Below, piece after piece: positions 39,101-44,831 of a stretch of 44,831 bases of DNA. The notes beneath the pieces were generated by a model that did not search any database, was not told the DNA's origin, and saw nothing but the letters and a program-made list of their open reading frames with translations. The position numbers were made by a program, and so were the translations under genes. The stretch is from Parcubacteria group bacterium (lineage in GTDB: Bacteria > Patescibacteriota > JACQLU01): contig JACQLU010000005.1 in assembly GCA_016203935.1 (NCBI GenBank), positions 1 through 44,831 on the forward strand, in the 5' to 3' direction. Numbering within the stretch: position 1 is the stretch's first letter; each line of letters opens with the position of its first letter.

Positions 39101-41641
39101 CTCTCTCATCTCGAATCATTTTCTCTGCTCGGACAAGATACGCTGAAAGAGGCGCTACTTACCCTCGCGCTTATCTCAACTCGTTTCCCGCCAGATATAT
39201 CAGCAGAGATCGCGTCGCGTTTTGAAAATCTTTCGCTTCCCCATAAAACTTTGGAGAAGCTCGTAGAAGATCGTGATTCGCTCTCTCACGAAAATTGGGC
39301 AAGACTCTTGACGGCGTACCTGATGATTGAGGGGGGTGATTGGGTTCAGATCGAACAAACAAGGAAAGAAGAGGTACAAAATCTGTTCTCAATCCGTGAA
39401 CACCCGGAACATGCCTCGTTCTGTTTTGAAAAACTGTATGCCCAGTGGCACGCGTTTTTAGAAGATGCAACTACGGAACGCCTTCCCCTGCAAGCCGCGG
39501 TGATTGCTCATACCGTACACAATGAGGGTGGTGCAGGGCCGCTTAAATATATTGAATCACTGGCGTTCCTGATGCACGAGCTGCGTATAAGCTTTCGCGA
39601 TCCGCACGTAGTGACGCGGACAAAAAGTGAGATTAAGTCAGGTTTCCTTAGACAGGAGGAACGCTTCGCGAAGGAACGGTGGAGCGAGGAAGATAAATCG
39701 TTCTTTTACGATCTCGCCGCCGAAATTCTCCATGCTGCTCCCAGCCTCTATAGTGAATTTGCGCAATTATTTGATACGCTCTCTCCGAAAGAATTGAAGG
39801 GATTCGCCAAAGAGCAACTCCCATTCTATCAAGCACAATTGGTTCTCCTGCAAAGCGATGAGAAGGAGCACGCCTCGTACAACCCGCGTGAGCTCGTCAG
39901 GGTACGAAGGGGTCTTAGGAGTTTTATCGAAGAGCTTACCGAATCGACGGATGAATCGCGAGCCGGTGTCTTTGCGCGGGAGCGGGAACGCCTGCTCACG
40001 GTGCTACAGCAAGGTTTCGAAACGCGTTTCGGGCTTCTCAAAGTACCCGAGGAACTCGACCACGAGGGTATTCGTTCGATCCAAAACATCACCCGCTACC
40101 TTGGGAATATCGCCAAGCGAGATCAGGAGAAAGAGACCCTCCTTGGGTGGTATTTGGCGCTTAAACTCCACGGCAGGTGGGAAGATTATCGGCGAGGAAA
40201 CGCAGTAGACCCTGCCGAATTTTTCGAAGGCGAGCGCCTACGTCTCTTGGAACGTCACTTAAGAGAACGAGGCAGACTCGACGGAGTGACCGCCGAGAAG
40301 CTTGGTGTTGGAAAAGAGACGTTCCCCCGATTCCGAGAACTTTTGCAAGAAGAAACCATAAGTAACCTCATCGGCAACGTGGAGACTATCGATGTCAAGC
40401 TTAGGAACGTAACCGGCAATCTCGAAGCTTTAGCAGATCCCGATACCTACACCGACGAAAATGATAAAAACCTCCTCGTGCTCCTCAATGCACACGGCGG
40501 AAAGTTGGTGAATAGAGTCCTTGCCAAAACTTATCAAGCGACCAGTGGTAAGGCGATAGAATTTTCAGAAAAGGAACGGAGCGTGCAAGGATCACTCGCA
40601 GCGACGTTTAAGGTAGAAGCGTGGACCTCCGAAAAAGTGAAAGAACTCCAAGAGCGCGCCAAGACCATAAGTCTCGTGGTGGGTGTCCTTGAGCACCTTA
40701 AGGAACGAAAGATAGACGAAGGCATCGAAGAACTCCGCACACGACTTAGTCCATCCCCACAGATTATTGAAATATTTCAACGCCTCGGCGAACCATTCAA
40801 GACCGAATCGGGCGCGCTGGCGCTCTCGCAGGATCTTGCGTATCTAGAAAATATCATTGTGAAAGATGCGGACAAGCTGGGAGAGGATGAAAAGCGCCTG
40901 CTTTCCGAGTATCTCGCAAGCATTCGAGAAACGATGCAAAGACTCGAGGAGAGTTTAGATCGCATCAAAGAAGGGTTCGGTAAAATGAAAAAGAGCGTCC
41001 ATGCCTCAGCCGATGAGGCGCTTCGTAACCGACTCGCTGAGATTGAAAAAGCGCTCTTTACCAAAGCGTCGACTACCGAGATCATGAGCCGAATAACTGG
41101 CAATCTCAACCTTATCATCGAGAATATACGACAGTGTCTGGGATGTTTACGAAAAGAGATCAATAACGATACCAATCTGACCTTTGGTGACTCGAATAAG
41201 TTTTTCGTGATGAGCCAATCTCCGGAAGTCAAGCGAAGCATTGCTGATCAGATCGTGATGCTGGTCCCGATCGAACGCGCGGAGCACGAGCGCGAAATGA
41301 GTTTTGTCTTTGATACACTCTATGGTTCCAAATCTTCCGACGTACTCATCGCGCATGTGATGGTAGTGTATAAAAAGTTCTCGCAACTGAAACGAGAGTT
41401 CCCCGAGGTTCGTCTCTCCTTATTGGTTACGCAGGCGGCGCTCGCAAGTGCGGGTATGACTGCCGAGCTACTTGCGAAACGTCTTACCGACGAGCAACAC
41501 CTCGCCGCGGTGTTCGAGATGGCGCCAGAAGTTACGGTGGATATTCCTTCCTCCGCTGCAGGAGATCCCTACCTTGAAATAGGGGGAGGTTCACGATCAA
41601 CCGGCCCCAGAGTGGTCAATAATGGACTTCTTATTTATTGA
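36128..41641 (+). CDS. giant hypothetical protein, 1,837 aa, no recognised domain
   Basis: Uninterrupted 5,514-nt ORF with protein-like, Leu/Glu/Arg-rich composition throughout. All antisense ORFs are short and Arg/Ser-rich. No signal peptide, TM segment, Walker A, HEXXH or internal repeat is visible by eye. Confidence 0.75.
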   Translation: MPEKDTGANTPEKDLNKREQKGKVEHSSESPVERTQERARLSPEQLLTQELGELSRSTELILSIVRHRPPEEGPHALPSEEDVSRPPPWHTIEQAKETLRQEAETLDTIWDQLLEGAVGALLKELESFELRSLHDIERMNTLLENIRSVIRNAEEVLANHEATQQRADSLYQRYQRERLHDAGFTSTDELRNALDAKLDEAIQLDRSWIRKLFPSHKKKLTEAETQAQRLQTLTFLMTPSTISTEVKSAHGRSELEEFESRLAEIMAKRVARFYEERLSAVKEQLSQEPTTLDDETIDRLNDDFLARFVTPLLEQSSTRFKPETIARGFAVLKRSFHLGRYPMRYDPAEVRLHQDTKQEYEQLPERLQWLLNAFTIQREGSGDERFEKYAEFVARAPWYTAREKLSSAYLAFIQATADIGRGAYTLGATDMASKAIEIKRMVDRMIGQFDERRWIAFRDNDGIREQFGESALSSAEQLLRREVADRLIRETRERGEDVKLGFILSSLRDAATLPIVLLNSYRARDHSGDNPFLSDIHPSTETNLFQTIDGLSAAELSALERKEVPGLMELIRLIKENPETFRDHAHTNEVTGKQEENPIYKKIHRELGALALHFFRRGDEKMRRYLLTLFYRMDADLEGEICTAIKDSMHDTNDSEYHKLALAIFENQILHRFNDNAISPYREILRDTDDVVVFEQTLEGLAKTIQDVSMRKRDPEYPREWRLRLESFMDSLRDALEAGIDKILRLASVKGMLHLLEGYTALGVDTPKFRAFLASDLLKERVAEMIQSHPHETPEILARRFMELNDQEALARLFEGFSSLDQPDARGAASGSLTEILTEHKIRGVDNTGNIVKYETLRDTLAAQLGSKNLPLARHIAQIFVKTIDEMHKAFSLRKSVLEQEWRSPYEADTATLIVKAGEKALAESDPILRYQGCMMVARLEPPPMGYHHALVSLAGDLETITAYEKGSAEKLAMCIAEVASTLEDDDIRYVLSHLESFSLLGQDTLKEALLTLALISTRFPPDISAEIASRFENLSLPHKTLEKLVEDRDSLSHENWARLLTAYLMIEGGDWVQIEQTRKEEVQNLFSIREHPEHASFCFEKLYAQWHAFLEDATTERLPLQAAVIAHTVHNEGGAGPLKYIESLAFLMHELRISFRDPHVVTRTKSEIKSGFLRQEERFAKERWSEEDKSFFYDLAAEILHAAPSLYSEFAQLFDTLSPKELKGFAKEQLPFYQAQLVLLQSDEKEHASYNPRELVRVRRGLRSFIEELTESTDESRAGVFARERERLLTVLQQGFETRFGLLKVPEELDHEGIRSIQNITRYLGNIAKRDQEKETLLGWYLALKLHGRWEDYRRGNAVDPAEFFEGERLRLLERHLRERGRLDGVTAEKLGVGKETFPRFRELLQEETISNLIGNVETIDVKLRNVTGNLEALADPDTYTDENDKNLLVLLNAHGGKLVNRVLAKTYQATSGKAIEFSEKERSVQGSLAATFKVEAWTSEKVKELQERAKTISLVVGVLEHLKERKIDEGIEELRTRLSPSPQIIEIFQRLGEPFKTESGALALSQDLAYLENIIVKDADKLGEDEKRLLSEYLASIRETMQRLEESLDRIKEGFGKMKKSVHASADEALRNRLAEIEKALFTKASTTEIMSRITGNLNLIIENIRQCLGCLRKEINNDTNLTFGDSNKFFVMSQSPEVKRSIADQIVMLVPIERAEHEREMSFVFDTLYGSKSSDVLIAHVMVVYKKFSQLKREFPEVRLSLLVTQAALASAGMTAELLAKRLTDEQHLAAVFEMAPEVTVDIPSSAAGDPYLEIGGGSRSTGPRVVNNGLLIY

Positions 41642-41650
41642 AAATGAAGT

Positions 41651-41673
41651 GAGATCGCTCATCGTGCGATCTC
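41651..41673. terminator. 8-bp perfect hairpin between convergent genes
   Basis: GAGATCGC-tcatcgt-GCGATCTC, 10 nt after the giant ORF stop and 40 nt from the Gmad2 gene stop. A T-rich tail is present only on the minus strand. Confidence 0.45.
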
Positions 41674-41713
41674 AAATCAAAATCTCCCCCTTCCTATAAC
41701 CATGTAACCATTA

Positions 41714-42169
41714 TTAGAACAGTACCGGAATCCTCACTTCATCCGCGTTCTGGGGAAGGTCGGAGGGGTTATCTTTCTCGAGTACCAAGGTGCCGCTTGG
41801 AGTTGAGGGTGGAGTGAAAATGAGCGTTGCCTGAAAGGGTACAAAATTAGTGGTCATCCAATCAGAGAGCGCGCTTGCTGTGGTGGTGGCAATCTCTACA
41901 TCGTTGCCATCGAGGAGGCGGATTGGAAATGACGCCTCAAAGTACCATGGCCCCCGCGCCTGACCCAAAATAGTGAGGGGGCTCGTGATGACTGAATTAG
42001 GAAGGGGCGCCGAAACCGAGATATCAGGATTGGGAGTGGCGGTAGCACTTACGGTGGGTGTAGGCGATGCCTCTGGTTCCGGTGGGGTACCTTTCTTATT
42101 AAGTGACAATACCGCCGCACCAATGACGATGACTATGGCAATGAGCCACATGAGTTGTTTATTGGTCAT
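41714..42169 (-). CDS. membrane-anchored Gmad2 (Ig-like) domain protein
   Basis: N-terminal TM, a Pro/Thr linker, then ITSPLTILGQARGPWYFEASFPIRLLD...WMTTNFVPFQATLIF, typical of Gmad2. Confidence 0.7.
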   Translation of the reverse strand: MTNKQLMWLIAIVIVIGAAVLSLNKKGTPPEPEASPTPTVSATATPNPDISVSAPLPNSVITSPLTILGQARGPWYFEASFPIRLLDGNDVEIATTTASALSDWMTTNFVPFQATLIFTPPSTPSGTLVLEKDNPSDLPQNADEVRIPVLF

Positions 42170-42181
42170 AAAAATATTTTA

Positions 42182-42207
42182 GTCGTTCTGAACGAAGTGA
42201 AGAATCT
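42182..42207. repeat. single copy of the GTC(G/A)TYCTGAACGAAGTGAAGRATCT intergenic repeat
   Basis: GTCGTTCTGAACGAAGTGAAGAATCT, between the Gmad2 gene and msrB. The same unit recurs at 42672-42718. Confidence 0.6.
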
Positions 42208-42218
42208 ATCTCCAATGA

Positions 42219-42626
42219 CTACTCTGATTTGGGTTTCAAGTCAAGGCAAACAGAGTTGATGCAGTAGCGCTTGCCGGTAGTAGCGGGACCATCGTCGAAG
42301 AGGTGGCCGAGATGGGAACCGCATTGGCCGCATATCACTTCGGTGCGGTTCATCCCGTGACTCGTATCGGGACGGAGTTTCACTCTCCCTTCTGCCACCG
42401 GCGCATCAAAGCTGGGCCAGCCAGTGCCGGAATCAAACTTGGTGTCGGAAGAAAAGAGTTCATTGCCGCAGGCCGCACAGACATACATCCCTTTCTCTTT
42501 AGAATTGTAGAATTTTCCACTGAAAGGCTGTTCAGTCCCCTTTTCGCGGAGTACCTGATACTGCTCGGGGGTGAGCTTCTTTTTCCATTCTGGCTCGTTT
42601 TTTGGCATTTGGTTTGGTTGATTCAT
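42219..42626 (-). CDS. msrB: peptide-methionine (R)-S-oxide reductase
   Basis: Two CxxC zinc motifs ([19 protein letters not shown]), GWPSF, and the catalytic RYCINS. Confidence 0.9.
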   Translation of the reverse strand: MNQPNQMPKNEPEWKKKLTPEQYQVLREKGTEQPFSGKFYNSKEKGMYVCAACGNELFSSDTKFDSGTGWPSFDAPVAEGRVKLRPDTSHGMNRTEVICGQCGSHLGHLFDDGPATTGKRYCINSVCLDLKPKSE

Positions 42627-42671
42627 AAAAACAAGGTAACTCTATCTTGAAGCTATCTCAAAAATATTCTC

Positions 42672-42771
42672 GTCATCCTGAACGAAGTCCCGTCAGACGG
42701 GACGAAGTGAAGGATCTCACGTACGTCTTCACTTTGAGCTATGAGAGATTCTTCGTTTCACTCAGAATGAC
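42672..42771. repeat. inverted pair of the same repeat family, left copy carrying an internal insertion
   Basis: Left: GTCATCCTGAACGAAGT[CCCGTCAGACGGGACGAAGT]GAAGGATCTC. Right: GAGATTCTTCGTTTCACTCAGAATGAC, the reverse complement of GTCATTCTGAGTGAAACGAAGAATCTC. Confidence 0.65.
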
Positions 42772-42797
42772 GCCTGGAATTATTTTTGAGACGGTCT

Positions 42798-44609
42798 CTA
42801 AAGGTACTCAATAAGCCACTCGGCGTCGGTATCAAGAATCGTAAAGGCAATCTCGTCCACATACGCTCCTCCTTTAAAGGTGGCGGCGTTCTCAAGGAGC
42901 TTACGGAAGTTTTCAAGAAGTTTCTTTTGTTCGTTCTTACGCGCTTTTGCTCCGCGCTCTAGGAAATTGGTGAGTCCACGACCCAAGCCTTGATTCATTA
43001 TATGCCCATCGTTCGTTAGTTGCTCCACGATACGTATGAGATCCTGCCAGTTGGTGATGAAGGTAAAGGCTATAGTTTCCTCGCTCGCCTGACCCGCTCT
43101 GTCGGTCGCTTTCACCGTAAGTTCATGTTCGCCAATTGCGGCATCGTAGAACGTAATCGGGGTTTCATCGAGCGGCACCCCATCGAGAAGATATTCAACT
43201 GACGCAACACCCGATCCTTCATCTTCTATTATAACTGGCGGGTCAAGAGGGATGCCATGAAGGTACTCGCTCTCATCCGTCGTGAAGGTGATAACGGGCG
43301 GATTAAAATCGGTCGCAATCGCCTCGGCATCGTCAAAATCAGCCTCGGGATTATTGAGAAGTTGATCAAAGAATCGTCCGGCAGCCACAAACTGCTGATC
43401 ATCGCTTCCCAGATACGCATCGATCACCTCCTCGGTAATCTCATCCATCCGCGCTTCATCCAGAATCTCGCCTTCGAGAGTGATGCTGCCATCGTTATTG
43501 GCAATCTCATGAACTGTTAAAATGTCATTCGTTTCCCCTCTTGTAGCGATCTCATCAATAAATTGATAGAGATAATCCTCACCGAGAAATTCTTCGTCCT
43601 CTGTATCTTGCGCATATATTGTTTTCCCACCTATAAATCTTGATAAGACGGATCTTAATTCTTTCCATAAACTCTGAAAATCTGCAAAAAATCTTTCTGC
43701 GGTATCGTTTAGTACAATGGTATTCGTGGGAATGGTGAAATCAGGGCTTCTAAGAAATGATGATAAATAAGCTATTGCTGATTCAAAAAACTGATTAAAA
43801 GTCGTGGTTGGTTGAAAGGTTTGTATATTTCGCGAAGAGGCCCATTTACGGACCGCAAATAGATGGACTTTCAGCCACGACGCCCATTTCCTGCTGATTT
43901 CTTTAATTCTTGCGTCGGTGAGTAAACCACTCTTGCGACTAATTAAGGATCCCCCTGTTGTAGATGTCAGGATATTGAAAGAATCTATCGAAGCTTCGTG
44001 AATAACTTCTGGCATTACAGTGACCCGGAGTCTTTTAAGAAACTCTTGATCATCTTGAAATTGACGATAAAAGAATGCATCTATTTCAAATTCAGCACCT
44101 GCATGCGATCTACCACTCTGTGCGTTATACGATGAGGGCCCATGCGCATATCTTTCTGCAATTTGATGTCCAATCCAACCATATGTAGAAAAGATATTTT
44201 CTGGTACTGTTCGTTCGGGATGCCGTTCAGAAAAAACTCTTTGGGCGGTTAACTTACCAAATGTAAAATCTCCAGCTCTATTATCATCATGGTCAACATC
44301 GAGAATCCGCGCTATGCCATCATGAAATTCTATAAGATTGTGTCCATAATCAAAGGCGCGAGGATTGGGCACTAAAGGATTTCTTCCGAGACCTAAAAAC
44401 GTATTTCTCACTGCAAATGCAGAAACCATATCAGGAGCGTGGGCTGCTTCAAGAAATCTTTCCCAACGTATATCTCTTACTCCATAGATTTCTTGGAACA
44501 CGCGATCATTAATGACTAGATGCGTCAGAGGCCCCCACGCCCTGGCTGGAAAAGGCAGCAGGCTCGCCAACATCAAAGAGAGAATACTAACTTTTTGTCG
44601 AGTTCTCAT
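42798..44609 (-). CDS. secreted S1-P1 nuclease / zinc-dependent phospholipase C superfamily-like protein with Ig-like and helical C-terminal modules
   Basis: Signal peptide ending ARA, followed by WGPLTH (Trp at +1 and His at +6, as in mature P1 nuclease WGALGH). Further His/Asp clusters (AAHAPD, DYGHNLIEFHD, GWIGHQIAERYAHG). A C-terminal beta-sandwich-like segment and a helical tail. Confidence 0.6.
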   Translation of the reverse strand: MRTRQKVSILSLMLASLLPFPARAWGPLTHLVINDRVFQEIYGVRDIRWERFLEAAHAPDMVSAFAVRNTFLGLGRNPLVPNPRAFDYGHNLIEFHDGIARILDVDHDDNRAGDFTFGKLTAQRVFSERHPERTVPENIFSTYGWIGHQIAERYAHGPSSYNAQSGRSHAGAEFEIDAFFYRQFQDDQEFLKRLRVTVMPEVIHEASIDSFNILTSTTGGSLISRKSGLLTDARIKEISRKWASWLKVHLFAVRKWASSRNIQTFQPTTTFNQFFESAIAYLSSFLRSPDFTIPTNTIVLNDTAERFFADFQSLWKELRSVLSRFIGGKTIYAQDTEDEEFLGEDYLYQFIDEIATRGETNDILTVHEIANNDGSITLEGEILDEARMDEITEEVIDAYLGSDDQQFVAAGRFFDQLLNNPEADFDDAEAIATDFNPPVITFTTDESEYLHGIPLDPPVIIEDEGSGVASVEYLLDGVPLDETPITFYDAAIGEHELTVKATDRAGQASEETIAFTFITNWQDLIRIVEQLTNDGHIMNQGLGRGLTNFLERGAKARKNEQKKLLENFRKLLENAATFKGGAYVDEIAFTILDTDAEWLIEYL

Positions 44610-44831
44610 GCCGGAAGAACAACAATGTGGTCAAGGTACTGGCAAAAATGGTCAGGAGTCCTATCAATAAAACATCACGAACTAAAGCTAGTTCTCCTAA
44701 ATGCTCACCCAAGGAATTTGTGCCAAATAGAATCGCCCAAGCGATCATCCCTATTGCCATGGCGACCGAGATAGAAAAAGATAGGAAGAGAAGTTTTTTG
44801 TTTCGTGACCTGGTAACAAAAAAATAAAGAA
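44587..44831 (-). CDS. partial membrane protein, open at the window edge
   Basis: The minus-strand frame is open from 44831 to TAG at 44587-89: ...LLFLSFSISVAMAIGMIAWAILFGTNSLGEHLGELALVRDVLLIGLLTIFASTLTTLLFFRHENSTKS. It overlaps the start of the 603-aa gene by 23 nt and is more protein-like than the two plus-strand track ORFs here. Confidence 0.35.
   Translation of the reverse strand, partial: LYFFVTRSRNKKLLFLSFSISVAMAIGMIAWAILFGTNSLGEHLGELALVRDVLLIGLLTIFASTLTTLLFFRHENSTKS

Noticed and set aside
44520-44827. Two plus-strand ORFs (84 and 66 aa) at the right edge.
   Set aside because: They are Arg/Pro/Lys-rich. The minus strand here encodes a hydrophobic, membrane-protein-like frame that is open to the window edge.
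1-44831. Window-wide checks for CRISPR arrays, rRNA/tRNA genes, transposases/integrases, prophage genes, and recoded stop codons (code 4 or 25).
   Set aside because: - No regularly spaced direct repeats were seen.
- No tRNA-like T-arm consensus (GGTTCGAATCC type) occurs in the intergenic gaps.
- No ORF has DDE, tyrosine-recombinase or serine-recombinase motifs.
- All conserved genes are intact under the standard code, so there is no sign of stop-codon reassignment.

Overview
This 44.8-kb window is roughly 50% GC by eye. It uses the standard genetic code, since all conserved genes read through without interruption. The gene content and intergenic palindrome families suggest an uncultivated, small-genome bacterium (Patescibacteria/CPR-like), but that placement is inference only.

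I support about 45 protein-coding genes. Most are on the minus strand, with an unbroken minus-strand run from 13.8 to 34.7 kb.

Recognisable content:
- ATP synthase subunit a.
- An envelope block: a coiled-coil lytic transglycosylase, a YVTN beta-propeller protein and a repeat-rich secreted protein.
- A PrsW protease, ECF sigma factor and anti-sigma module, facing a CBM6-CARDB-CBM6 lectin-like protein.
- DNA repair genes: a DnaQ-like exonuclease and an HhH-GPD glycosylase.
- A long sugar-metabolism run: two diverged zwf genes, gnd, a GT4 glycogen-synthase-like gene, GH57, GH13 and a ROK glucokinase.
- An ArsR-MerA pair with a perfect palindromic operator candidate.
- A VOC, glycerate kinase, PEP synthase and enolase operon.
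- An RRM RNA-binding protein, a PEBP protein, a Gmad2 protein and MsrB.

I recognised no rRNA, tRNA, CRISPR array, transposase or integrase.

Most worth a second look:
1. An orphan 1,837-aa ORF with no recognisable domain (36128-41641).
2. A self-contained three-ORF cassette of unknowns containing two diverged paralogs (3957-5083).
3. An unlisted 52-aa Cys/His-rich ORF preceded by a long rod-like inverted repeat (28059-28428).
4. A gene-free 400-bp gap with an orphan plus-strand terminator, a candidate sRNA (14.1 kb).
5. A sharp drop in GC content that begins inside a secreted P1-nuclease/phospholipase-C-like gene (about 43.5 kb to the window end).

All functional calls come from motif recognition by eye. 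No database search was run.
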